A stretch of 64,000 bases of DNA from sequence record OR167180; one strand, given 5' to 3'. The stretch comes from Escherichia phage MIZ4. The position numbers and the translations under genes were made by a program. Positions 56,286-64,000 of this stretch are shown in pieces (within the stretch, counting starts at the first letter, position 1; the number at the start of each line of letters is the position of its first letter). Below the pieces are notes generated by a model. It was not told the DNA's origin and made no database searches. It saw nothing but the letters and a program-made list of their open reading frames with translations.

Positions 56286-56496
56286 ATTCTAAGAAATATT
56301 CTGGAACGATATAACCGTTAAAGTCATTACACTTATAAAAATGTGGTGCATTTAATGCTGGATGAGCATTAGTAAAGAGTTTACCCTCTAGAAACAGAAT
56401 GTAATTAATAGGTCTAATACCTACAGAATCAGGGTCTAAACCTTTTTCTTTCAGTTCAGCCAGCGTTAAAACTCGTCCAGATCGTAACTTAGCCAT
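56275..56496 (-). CDS. Hypothetical protein (73 aa)
   Basis: ORF in array. Confidence 0.4.
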   Translation of the reverse strand: MAKLRSGRVLTLAELKEKGLDPDSVGIRPINYILFLEGKLFTNAHPALNAPHFYKCNDFNGYIVPEYFLEFDD

Positions 56497-56782
56497 GATT
56501 TACCCCTAATTCATCAAGATTATGTCGCAGCATTTCAGAGTATTTTTCTACTTCCTTGATCTTAGTGTGGATCTCCACGATCTCATCTTCACTATCAGAT
56601 AGTTTAATGGCAATCGCGAGCGTGCTTTTACCAGCCTTGATCGCTTCTTTCAGTTCAACCAACATGTCCGCGTGTTTCAATAGCAATTCTTCACGTCGAA
56701 CATAAGCGACGGTCAAAGCCTCATCAGCGATTTCTAAAGCATTTTCAGCGACACCAACAACCATTTTACGAGTAGACAGCAT
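56489..56782 (-). CDS. Hypothetical protein (97 aa)
   Basis: ORF in array. Confidence 0.4.
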   Translation of the reverse strand: MLSTRKMVVGVAENALEIADEALTVAYVRREELLLKHADMLVELKEAIKAGKSTLAIAIKLSDSEDEIVEIHTKIKEVEKYSEMLRHNLDELGVNHG

Positions 56783-56796
56783 AAATTCACCTCACA

Positions 56797-57105
56797 TTAT
56801 TTCACATTAACGCCGTTATCAATCCAGCCGACGCTATTTGGTTTAACAGTTTTACCATAGGATGCATACTTAATCAAGCATGGTTTAACATAATTATCAA
56901 ATCTTCCTAAACGTACTCCCAAATCAGGAATATCCATGTATGCGGCTTTATATCCCCATGTGCCATATTCAGAATCAATCTCAACCGGACGGCCTTTAAA
57001 AGCATAAACTACACCGTGACGGTCAACGATAACATAACAATAACCAGCCGGAAGATACACAGTTTCGCCGTAAACTTTAACTGGAGTAGCAGAAGAGATA
57101 AACAT
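56797..57105 (-). CDS. Hypothetical protein (start at MFISSATPV with GAGGATTATATT SD)
   Basis: ORF 56797..57141 trimmed to the ATG with conserved SD. Confidence 0.45.
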   Translation of the reverse strand: MFISSATPVKVYGETVYLPAGYCYVIVDRHGVVYAFKGRPVEIDSEYGTWGYKAAYMDIPDLGVRLGRFDNYVKPCLIKYASYGKTVKPNSVGWIDNGVNVK

Positions 57106-57139
57106 AATATAATCCTCACATCGTTCATTTGATGCGGTC

Positions 57140-57169
57140 ATTATATGATAACCGCATTTTCATGTCAAC
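57140..57169 (-). promoter_or_regulatory. Sigma70-like early promoter (TTGACA-18-TATAAT)
   Basis: Minus-strand motif; upstream AAAAACTGTTGACA. Confidence 0.5.
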
Positions 57170-57174
57170 AGTTT

Positions 57175-57549
57175 TTAAAAATCTTCTTCCGGTTTATATC
57201 GACCGTCATCGACTGGTTTTGGACTGAATCCTTTATGTGTGCGCGGCTTCGCTTCCGGTTTACCAGCAATCATCAAACCAAAACATTTCAGCCCTTTATA
57301 ACACATAACAATATTAACCACGGTCCAAGTTATAGGCCATATAATAGAACAAATGGCATATGCTCCAATATCGACCTCTTTGGTGTCCTTGTCGAATCTG
57401 GCGTACAAGCAAATTATAAGATAGGTGATCATTGCACCAGTAGGCCAAATATAAAGCACATTAACAATATCTTGTGTTGTCACGTTATCCTCCTTACATG
57501 TCTTGCAGTGCATAAAAGCATTTTTCTTCGTAGTCATAGAAAATGTCAA
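57175..57549 (-). CDS. Hypothetical membrane protein (124 aa)
   Basis: Several hydrophobic helices; start uncertain. Confidence 0.4.
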   Translation of the reverse strand: MTFSMTTKKNAFMHCKTCKEDNVTTQDIVNVLYIWPTGAMITYLIICLYARFDKDTKEVDIGAYAICSIIWPITWTVVNIVMCYKGLKCFGLMIAGKPEAKPRTHKGFSPKPVDDGRYKPEEDF

Positions 57550-57772
57550 AGTATGCTTTTTCTACATACTCACCATTGATCCAAGCGGCAGTAACAATCA
57601 GAGTGGTCCAGTTAGATCCGCTCTCAACGGTAAAGGTTTTAATACCCAGCTTAACAGCCAAGTCACGAGCAAACTGGTCGCAACCACGGCAGGAAGTGAT
57701 ATTGGAAGTTTTGATTTTAAAGCCACCGCGAGTTTTAGAAATTTCTACTTTAGCGAAAGACAGGTTGCTCAT
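57494..57772 (-). CDS. Hypothetical protein (92 aa)
   Basis: ORF with AAGGAGAATCAAAA SD, promoter upstream. Confidence 0.45.
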   Translation of the reverse strand: MSNLSFAKVEISKTRGGFKIKTSNITSCRGCDQFARDLAVKLGIKTFTVESGSNWTTLIVTAAWINGEYVEKAYFDIFYDYEEKCFYALQDM

Positions 57773-57815
57773 TTTTGATTCTCCTTAAGAAAGTATGTTT
57801 CGTTTTGATGTGTGT

Positions 57816-57844
57816 AGTATAGGGGATACGTGATCCCCTGTCAA
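57816..57844 (-). promoter_or_regulatory. Sigma70-like early promoter (TTGACA-17-TATACT) with GGGGAT/ATCCCC spacer palindrome
   Basis: Minus-strand motif. Confidence 0.5.
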
Positions 57845-57851
57845 CAACTTT

Positions 57852-58181
57852 TTATGATTTTAGTGAATTAACTAATACATCAAAATGATGTACAGAGCAC
57901 ACCTTATTAAACACATATTCATCATGTTTAGGAATAGCGCCTAACCGCTTTATTTCGCTCGTTGACACGATAAACCGTTTATCCGGTGCATTTACCTTAT
58001 ATGCTTCAACAACGCACGGGAAACGCGTTTCAGAGAGTTCTGGATAGTTTTCTGAATCCATCAGGACAATGAATACCCTGTTACATTGATTGTAGAATCC
58101 TGTTTTTGATTTCATCAAGTTTTCTTCTCTGTACAATTCGTGCAATCTTCCTTTCATGATTTCGTTGGTTCTTGTCTTCAC
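57852..58181 (-). CDS. Hypothetical protein (109 aa; overlaps next ORF, start uncertain)
   Basis: ORF overlapping 58081..58422 by ~100 nt in a different frame. Confidence 0.35.
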   Translation of the reverse strand: MKTRTNEIMKGRLHELYREENLMKSKTGFYNQCNRVFIVLMDSENYPELSETRFPCVVEAYKVNAPDKRFIVSTSEIKRLGAIPKHDEYVFNKVCSVHHFDVLVNSLKS

Positions 58182-58422
58182 AGTTTACCCACTCAACAAG
58201 ATCTTTACCTAACTCGAAAGCCCATTCTCGGTCTTGCTTTACATTTTGTAGGTATGGACTTTCCGACACTCGACGAAGTGATCTTGTCGTAACAAGAATG
58301 ATCCCAGGAATGTTCGGATGTTCCTTTCCATATACAATAGGACGCGAGTCACTATCAATACCCTGTAAGAAGGTGTATCCTGAATCACTTAGGATCATAT
58401 ACATTTTCATTTCATCCATCAC
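58081..58422 (-). CDS. Hypothetical protein (113 aa)
   Basis: ORF in array. Confidence 0.4.
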   Translation of the reverse strand: MMDEMKMYMILSDSGYTFLQGIDSDSRPIVYGKEHPNIPGIILVTTRSLRRVSESPYLQNVKQDREWAFELGKDLVEWVNCEDKNQRNHERKIARIVQRRKLDEIKNRILQSM

Positions 58423-58676
58423 AGTTTCCTCAACCAGTTATTAAAGCGAGTAAACCATGATGCTTTTCGTGCTTCTTTTACTTTATATGCACGCAAACCA
58501 CTGAAACACCATTCATAATCATCACTGAAACATGATTCAACAGGAACACCCGCATTTCGTAGTTCTCTGGTCTTTATCATAAATCCTTGACATAAGGGGC
58601 GACCTTCAACAATGATAGGAAGTTTAACTTTTTCCATGAAAGTATACCCAGCACGGTCAATAATTTCAATCTTCAT
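58419..58676 (-). CDS. Small paralog family C member (85 aa)
   Basis: G(Y/F).FM.(K/G).KLPIIVEGRP motif shared with 58695..58898 and 60145..60366. Confidence 0.45.
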   Translation of the reverse strand: MKIEIIDRAGYTFMEKVKLPIIVEGRPLCQGFMIKTRELRNAGVPVESCFSDDYEWCFSGLRAYKVKEARKASWFTRFNNWLRKL

Positions 58677-58694
58677 AATATAATCCTCAATTGA

Positions 58695-58898
58695 TTACAC
58701 TTCCCAGGCTTCTTTGCTAAGAAAACACCATTTATACTCAGGAGAATAACCTTTAATCGGTACTCCAGCTTTTTGTAATTCCTGCGTTTCAACAACATAA
58801 TCATGCCCATACGGTCGGCCTTCCACGATGATAGGAAGTTTAACACCTTTCATGAAAGAATATCCACCATCGTCAAAAATTTCAATTTTAATTTTCAT
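58695..58898 (-). CDS. Small paralog family C member (67 aa)
   Basis: MKIKIEIFDDGGYSFMKGVKLPIIVEGRP.. shared motif. Confidence 0.45.
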   Translation of the reverse strand: MKIKIEIFDDGGYSFMKGVKLPIIVEGRPYGHDYVVETQELQKAGVPIKGYSPEYKWCFLSKEAWEV

Positions 58899-59143
58899 TT
58901 TACATTATCTCCATAGATCTTTCCATCAATATCAATTTCACCAGCGCGAACATCTAGGATAAGATGCGGTAGGTGTATGCAATTTTCCCAACCAATGCGC
59001 TTCATTTCTTCTACGGTAACGTAAGCCCACCCGTTCGCTGTAATAAAGTCTACTTCAACCTTGAGAGGAAAGCAAGACTTTTCTATGTTTTCAAATCCGA
59101 TAATGTGTTTTGTCGTTGAATATGGAATATATCCGGTGATCAT
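58895..59143 (-). CDS. Hypothetical protein (82 aa)
   Basis: ORF in array. Confidence 0.4.
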   Translation of the reverse strand: MITGYIPYSTTKHIIGFENIEKSCFPLKVEVDFITANGWAYVTVEEMKRIGWENCIHLPHLILDVRAGEIDIDGKIYGDNVK

Positions 59144-59601
59144 TTTGTGATCTCCTTATACTCAACACACCATAAGCGGGTAGCCCATGATAAACGCTCA
59201 TAACGCTGGCAGAAATCGGACCATAGATATTGTTTACCGTCTTGCATAGTTGAAATATGCGTTTTCTCGCCTACTTTCACGAAAGAAGTATTCGATTTTG
59301 TGATCTCGACCGGAGTATATCCGAAAGCGGGTTCCAAGTCAACATCTAAACTAAATGCCAATTTAACAGAATTTGTTTTTCTGACCGCTGTCCGGTTTCC
59401 TTCTGGGTATAGCACAGCAGGTTTAGCGCCTAAGCGGATAAACTCAGTATTTTTAATGAACAGAATATCATGATCACCGTCATATTCCGACACTTCCATA
59501 GTAACAGGAAAATCGATATGTGCTAAACCTGGTAGATCTCGCATATCATGAAATGTAGCCATCAACTTTTTCATCCTGTATTCCTCACTCTTCTGTTTCA
59601 T
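59140..59601 (-). CDS. Hypothetical protein (153 aa)
   Basis: ORF in array. Confidence 0.45.
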   Translation of the reverse strand: MKQKSEEYRMKKLMATFHDMRDLPGLAHIDFPVTMEVSEYDGDHDILFIKNTEFIRLGAKPAVLYPEGNRTAVRKTNSVKLAFSLDVDLEPAFGYTPVEITKSNTSFVKVGEKTHISTMQDGKQYLWSDFCQRYERLSWATRLWCVEYKEITK

Positions 59602-59821
59602 TTCTTTTATATGGTACTATAACAGGATTAATACAGCAAGCACCAATTACGTTATGAGCACCACAATTTAAGCATTTATAATCATGGAACTTATTAAGGA
59701 ATCGCCCGAACTCATAACCGACTAACGCCGCGTGTACTTGAGTCTCGATCTCATCCATATCAGCCAATGTTTTAACCTTCATAATATAATCCTCAAATAC
59801 TGGTTTTGCGAAGATGGTCAT
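59585..59821 (-). CDS. Hypothetical Cys-containing small protein (78 aa)
   Basis: C..C and CC clusters. Confidence 0.4.
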   Translation of the reverse strand: MTIFAKPVFEDYIMKVKTLADMDEIETQVHAALVGYEFGRFLNKFHDYKCLNCGAHNVIGACCINPVIVPYKRNETEE

Positions 59822-60083
59822 TACATGATTTTAATGCATCAGTCGAGGTGTCATAGCGAGTATTATCATAGCACCAATAACCATCTGTCAACTGATAAAT
59901 TAATCCATCCTTTTTAGCGTCGATGAAAGACAATTCTTTGAAAGTTTCTACTTTCTTTGCTGATACTCCACGGTCACGGCGTTTATAGAGTTTAGCTAAA
60001 ACGCGTTCAGCTTGTTCCTCTTTATCGCCAGACAGATCCCAGATGACGTTTCTGATATGCTTGATTAATTGTTCAGTGGTCAT
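59793..60083 (-). CDS. Hypothetical protein (96 aa)
   Basis: ORF with AAGGAGAATCAAAT SD, promoter upstream. Confidence 0.45.
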   Translation of the reverse strand: MTTEQLIKHIRNVIWDLSGDKEEQAERVLAKLYKRRDRGVSAKKVETFKELSFIDAKKDGLIYQLTDGYWCYDNTRYDTSTDALKSCNDHLRKTSI

Positions 60084-60113
60084 ATTTGATTCTCCTTAGT
60101 TGGTATGGTTATC

Positions 60114-60142
60114 ATTATACGGGGATTTCTCCCCGTGTCAAC
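60114..60142 (-). promoter_or_regulatory. Sigma70-like early promoter (TTGACA-17-TATAAT) with CGGGGAGAAATCCCCG spacer hairpin
   Basis: Minus-strand consensus hexamers; same spacer palindrome as the promoter at ~40103. Confidence 0.55.
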
Positions 60143-60144
60143 AA

Positions 60145-60366
60145 TTAAATGATCTCTGCTTCACCGTTAAGGAAGAAGGACCATGTTTTGTTAGGATAAC
60201 GAAGCGCCCATGATTCAGCAGTTTTAACACCAGCTTCGAACAATTGACGGCTGGTTACTTTAGCCATACCATCTTCGATGGCAACGTTTTCAATAATCAT
60301 CGGGTACTTAGCGCCACGCATGAAACCGAAGCCAGCGGAAGATTTGATAATTTTAACAGTTGCCAT
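60145..60366 (-). CDS. Small paralog family C member (73 aa; start at MATVKII)
   Basis: ..GFGFMRGAKYPMIIENV.. shared motif; ORF 60145..60420 trimmed to the ATG with AGGAGAATCAAAA SD. Confidence 0.45.
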   Translation of the reverse strand: MATVKIIKSSAGFGFMRGAKYPMIIENVAIEDGMAKVTSRQLFEAGVKTAESWALRYPNKTWSFFLNGEAEII

Positions 60367-60405
60367 TTTTGATTCTCCTAGAAAGTGTCGTGTTTCGATG
60401 GGTGT

Positions 60406-60434
60406 ATTATGCAATAACACCGGATCGCTGTCAA
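60406..60434 (-). promoter_or_regulatory. Sigma70-like early promoter (TTGACA-17-CATAAT)
   Basis: Minus-strand motif. Confidence 0.5.
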
Positions 60435-60452
60435 CACTTTATAAGAAAAATT

Positions 60453-60737
60453 TTAAATTAATCGAATATAACCAAGAATTTCAGCGCCTTTAGCCAGTCC
60501 TAAAACTTCCCATTCAAGGTCGCCGTAGTCATAATTTGCAACCATCAACTGACCATTTTTCATGCAGCAATCATGAGAGAAAATTTGCCCAGCATAAACT
60601 ACGATAGTAATAAACTTTCCTGATTCTGGCGGTGTGGAAGACAAAGCGACCATATGACCATTCAGCTTAGTAACCAGTGATGGAACAATAAAATTCGGGC
60701 TTACCTTAATACCGTTAAATTCGTTTGTGTCTTTCAT
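60453..60737 (-). CDS. Hypothetical protein (94 aa)
   Basis: ORF in array. Confidence 0.4.
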   Translation of the reverse strand: MKDTNEFNGIKVSPNFIVPSLVTKLNGHMVALSSTPPESGKFITIVVYAGQIFSHDCCMKNGQLMVANYDYGDLEWEVLGLAKGAEILGYIRLI

Positions 60738-61084
60738 GCCAGACCTCGCAAAACACTAATAGCATAATCATGCTGGTTATTCATAATATCAATTGCATTG
60801 TGATAACGAGCTAAACCATCAAGGATAAATTCTTGTTTATCCTGTTTCAGTTTGGTATCACGCGCAGCCATAAGAGCATCGAGAACAGGTCCAAAGTGAT
60901 TATCTAATTCATCTTCGGTTGCAATGTTTCCTATTGCCTCGTCGATCCGTGATTCTAATGCTTGCTTTTCGTTGATCACTTGCTGGGTATATTCCAACAC
61001 ATCAAGAATATCGCGGGTAACGTCGCCATGATAAGGTATTCCCGCATGAAGATGATCAATTAATCGCTGAATATCAATGTTCAT
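60734..61084 (-). CDS. Hypothetical protein (116 aa)
   Basis: ORF in array. Confidence 0.45.
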   Translation of the reverse strand: MNIDIQRLIDHLHAGIPYHGDVTRDILDVLEYTQQVINEKQALESRIDEAIGNIATEDELDNHFGPVLDALMAARDTKLKQDKQEFILDGLARYHNAIDIMNNQHDYAISVLRGLA

Positions 61085-61419
61085 TTGTAACCCTCCTCTG
61101 AAAGCACATCCCAGATCGTTGAGTCAAGATGCATTAAATTCCACATAATAGAGTCATAACTACCGAAGCCAGAAGTAAAAATTACATCACACTGGCGATA
61201 GGTCTTATGAAAATCGGTGGCTGTCTCTGCATCAATAGGCATATCGTCACCGGAAAGCACCAGACATTTAAGAATCATAACTCTGTTAGCCGTTGGCGCT
61301 TGCTTAGTCTTTTCAGCATATTTTTCGATGATCCGTTTTGCCTTTTCTTCTTTGATACGTCCAGACCAAATCCGGTTTCGGTATTGATTCATAATAATTT
61401 CAATCACATCATTTTGCAT
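61081..61419 (-). CDS. Hypothetical protein (112 aa)
   Basis: ORF in array. Confidence 0.45.
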   Translation of the reverse strand: MQNDVIEIIMNQYRNRIWSGRIKEEKAKRIIEKYAEKTKQAPTANRVMILKCLVLSGDDMPIDAETATDFHKTYRQCDVIFTSGFGSYDSIMWNLMHLDSTIWDVLSEEGYK

Positions 61420-61618
61420 TCTTCACGGTCTCCATAATTGTTTTGTAAGCCAGTTTAAGATGATCACCGAAAAACTTTGCATTGTTACCCTTCGGATCGC
61501 GGAGCATGGTTTCTACGATCTCATAGGCAGTAACAATTTCTCCTTTCTTTGCTGCATGTTCTACCATATACTTCAAAGTTTCTTCGGAGGAAAGTGCTGC
61601 GGCTACTGGATTAATCAT
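61409..61618 (-). CDS. Hypothetical protein (69 aa)
   Basis: ORF with AAAGGAGAACCAAA SD, promoter upstream. Confidence 0.45.
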   Translation of the reverse strand: MINPVAAALSSEETLKYMVEHAAKKGEIVTAYEIVETMLRDPKGNNAKFFGDHLKLAYKTIMETVKNAK

Positions 61619-61647
61619 TTTGGTTCTCCTTTGTTGTCGATGTGTGC

Positions 61648-61676
61648 ATTATGCTATACCATATTCCGGTTGTCAA
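61648..61676 (-). promoter_or_regulatory. Sigma70-like early promoter (TTGACA-17-CATAAT)
   Basis: Minus-strand motif adjacent to the terminator hairpin. Confidence 0.5.
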
Positions 61677-61688
61677 CACCTAAAAACG

Positions 61689-61718
61689 AAAAAGCCACCC
61701 TTTCGGATGGCTTTTTGA
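61689..61718. terminator. Terminator-like hairpin (AAAGCCACCC-TTTC-GGATGGCTTT) with T-runs on both strands
   Basis: Imperfect inverted repeat; near-identical copy at 49301..49332. Confidence 0.45.
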
Positions 61719-61946
61719 TTATATTTTATTCACGTCCATTTGTATAGTAGTGTTTGAATCGACCTTTGCTAAACTCGTTAAACATAGTAACCAATTCACC
61801 ATCCCTTTCCAATGATAAACCTTCCTCGTCTTAGACGGGTCTTCCGATTAGGTAGTAATTGAACACGCGAAAGTATGAGGAAGCCAAATAGTTGTGTTAA
61901 TGCTAGTATTCTTTTACTTCTGGTATGCATCCCACAGTGACTAACA

Positions 61947-62345
61947 TTAAGCCAGTCGAGTGAGTTTATAAATTGTTTTAAAGCATAGAGCTTTGATATC
62001 GTCTAAAACGCTCTGTAACGAGCTATCAACATCATTATAAATCTCACTAGCCATTTGCGTTAACTCTTGCAAATAGGCAATTTCGCTAATCTCCTTGCGG
62101 ACGACCAACTTTGGCTGATAACGACCAGTGATCCCAATATTGGTTTCAGTGAAATTATCAACCAATTCTTGCATTTCAAGATAGAACTCTTCTAGAGCCT
62201 TATGTTTTGCATAAGATCCAGGACCAGTTACCCCAAAATGCGCAGAATGCATATAAGTAACACTCATCAGACATTCACCGATAAAGCGGTCAACTTTATT
62301 AGCCTTTCCCTCTTCGGACGTCTTTAGAAAATCACTGAATTTCAT
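61947..62345 (-). CDS. Hypothetical protein (132 aa; rI.1 position)
   Basis: ORF immediately downstream of rI. Confidence 0.45.
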   Translation of the reverse strand: MKFSDFLKTSEEGKANKVDRFIGECLMSVTYMHSAHFGVTGPGSYAKHKALEEFYLEMQELVDNFTETNIGITGRYQPKLVVRKEISEIAYLQELTQMASEIYNDVDSSLQSVLDDIKALCFKTIYKLTRLA

Positions 62346-62634
62346 GTTCTCGATTCTCCATATTATTCAACAGAACAAATTGTTGTGCGGCATATCCCCC
62401 CATAATAAAACACTGCCTAGAATCCATACATTTACTACGAGCATACATCTTCATAATATGGGCATGAAATTTCTGGCTGGTTTCAATGGAAGGAGATATT
62501 TTGTTTACATATACTATCATTGCGCCGTCGAAATAATCAGTAAAGTCACCAGTTGGATCATATTGATCAGCACTGACACTTCCGACCGCAGTCAAGCATA
62601 TTGCCGCTGTTAGAGTTTTACGAATAAATGACAT
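62332..62634 (-). CDS. rI: Lysis inhibition antiholin RI-like protein
   Basis: 100 aa; N-terminal signal-anchor MSFIRKTLTAAICLTAVGSVSA; periplasmic domain with a Cys pair (..KCMDSRQC..) and SQKFHAHIMKMYA resembling T4 RI as recalled; adjacent to tk. Confidence 0.65.
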   Translation of the reverse strand: MSFIRKTLTAAICLTAVGSVSADQYDPTGDFTDYFDGAMIVYVNKISPSIETSQKFHAHIMKMYARSKCMDSRQCFIMGGYAAQQFVLLNNMENREHEIQ

Positions 62635-62702
62635 AAGTCATTCCCCCAGATTGAAAATATTCAATTATATTTATAATCTGGGGCTTTATTTATGATTAAC
62701 TC

Positions 62703-63299
62703 TTATTTGGTAGTACCGTCAATAAAATGTTTACGGCACACAGAAACATATTTATCCTCTGCACCAACTTCTATTTGAGCACCATCGCGAATAACATTAC
62801 CCTCTTTATCTACACGAAGGACCATTGTTGCTTTCTTACCACAATGACAAATACCCTTCATTTCGACCAGTTTATCAGCAAATGCCATTAATGCCGCAGA
62901 TCCTTCAAATAGATTGCCCTGAAAGTCAGTGCGAAGGCCATAGCACAGTACAGGGATATTAGCATCATCAACAAGCGCACACAAGCCTAAAACATGCTCT
63001 TTAGTCATAAATTGGGCTTCGTCTACAAAAACTGCATCTGGACGCCATCGATCCGGTCTACGCTTACCTAACGATTCACGATAAACCAAGTCGAAAAGAT
63101 CATCCGATTTAGTGAAGGTGATCGCTGGAGCACTTAGACCAATTCGGGAAACGACTTCACTTTCTGAATCTCGATTATCAATCGCTGGCTTAAGAATTAA
63201 TACTCGCATATCACGTTCGGTATAGTTATAAGCACTTTGTAACAGGGAAGTTGATTTGCCAGCGTTCATAGATGCATAGTAGAAATATAATTGCGCCAT
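62703..63299 (-). CDS. tk: Thymidine kinase
   Basis: P-loop MNAGKST near the N-terminus; C-terminal zinc motif CHCGKKAT..C; 198 aa. Confidence 0.9.
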   Translation of the reverse strand: MAQLYFYYASMNAGKSTSLLQSAYNYTERDMRVLILKPAIDNRDSESEVVSRIGLSAPAITFTKSDDLFDLVYRESLGKRRPDRWRPDAVFVDEAQFMTKEHVLGLCALVDDANIPVLCYGLRTDFQGNLFEGSAALMAFADKLVEMKGICHCGKKATMVLRVDKEGNVIRDGAQIEVGAEDKYVSVCRKHFIDGTTK

Positions 63300-63592
63300 T
63301 AATTAATCTCCAAAAATCCAGCAAGACCTAAACCGATATAAGTCCAGATACAAAGGAAAAAGAAGCAAACACCCATAGCAAAGATAAATCCGCGTAGTGT
63401 CTTTGGATAACCTACCCAATATTCCCGACCATCTTCTAACCGGATCAGTTTATTTCCTTGCGAGTCCATATCAACTACAACATGTTTATTTCGAGATTGC
63501 AATAGATATTGTTTTACAATCTCAATACCCGCCATAATAACAATAACGAAAATAAAAGTCCACACAACAAGATTAATGATAGTCTCAAGCAT
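63299..63592 (-). CDS. Hypothetical membrane protein (97 aa, 2-3 TM)
   Basis: Hydrophobic helices at both ends. Confidence 0.45.
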   Translation of the reverse strand: MLETIINLVVWTFIFVIVIMAGIEIVKQYLLQSRNKHVVVDMDSQGNKLIRLEDGREYWVGYPKTLRGFIFAMGVCFFFLCIWTYIGLGLAGFLEIN

Positions 63593-63827
63593 TTTCTATC
63601 ACCTCCACCCAATCAGGTGTTTCCTGAAAGACTCCTTCACCTTCATGATGGTCACAACCTTTATTGCTGCAATACATCCACCAATCCCACATTCCCCACG
63701 GTAAACGCTGCATATCGTCGTTACAGCAAGTGAATATAATAGGCCAACCACATCTAACACATTGGCAGTTTTCTTTCATGTGAGCGGTATTCGGCTTCTT
63801 CATAGATGACTCCAATATAATCGACAT
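63585..63827 (-). CDS. Hypothetical Cys/Trp-rich small protein (80 aa)
   Basis: Cys clusters C.C..C, CC, C....C.HH. Confidence 0.4.
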   Translation of the reverse strand: MSIILESSMKKPNTAHMKENCQCVRCGWPIIFTCCNDDMQRLPWGMWDWWMYCSNKGCDHHEGEGVFQETPDWVEVIENA

Positions 63828-64000
63828 TTACATTTAGGGCAATGCGGTTCTTTAATATAATACCCGTCTGTCTTTGGAACACTAACAGGAGCGGTTTTTA
63901 TATTGTATTCAGTGAAACAACGAAAACAAGTTACGTTTTCTACAGACTGACGTTTCACCCAATCACCGGAATATAGATCATTTTTATTTGTCATATTCAA
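63800..64000 (-). CDS. Hypothetical Cys-rich protein; 5' end at or beyond the window edge
   Basis: ORF runs to the window end; first in-window ATG at 63994; zinc-ribbon-like C..C....CP.C.C. Confidence 0.35.
   Translation of the reverse strand: MNMTNKNDLYSGDWVKRQSVENVTCFRCFTEYNIKTAPVSVPKTDGYYIKEPHCPKCKCRLYWSHL

Noticed and set aside
1-64000. tRNA genes, CRISPR arrays, integrase or attachment sites
   Set aside because: No cloverleaf-like conserved tRNA features, no regularly spaced direct repeats, and no integrase-like ORF seen by eye; the window is consistent with a strictly lytic T4-like genome region.

Overview
This window reads as a T4-like (Tevenvirinae-type) myovirus genome segment, about 40% GC and densely coding. 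It opens with three rightward late genes on the + strand: long tail fiber distal subunit gp37, T2-type adhesin gp38, and holin t. The rest is a long leftward (- strand) early/middle block in T4 synteny: 52, rIIB, rIIA, fused 39/60, dexA, dda, a Mod-like ADP-ribosyltransferase, 56, 61, 41, uvsX, 43, regA, 62, 44, 45, 46, 47, 55, nrdG, nrdD, 49, nrdC, dam, rI and tk, interleaved with many small hypothetical ORFs. The strongest finding is that the DNA polymerase gene 43 is interrupted inside motif A by a ~1.1 kb td-like group I intron carrying an HNH homing endonuclease ORF. Other findings: at least 18 sigma70-like early promoters with a conserved upstream block and palindromes around the -10 or in the spacer; no gene 42, beta-gt, imm or alpha-gt at their T4 positions although a gp56-like dCTPase and Dam are present; an HNH-AP2 endonuclease where alpha-gt would sit; a membrane-anchored Cys-rich EndoVII-motif protein; a secreted DUF1311/LprI-like protein; a 489-aa P-loop NTPase; and two clusters of paralogous small genes. 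All calls are from reading the sequence and recalled protein families; no database search was run, and coordinates of features not in the ORF track were derived by hand.
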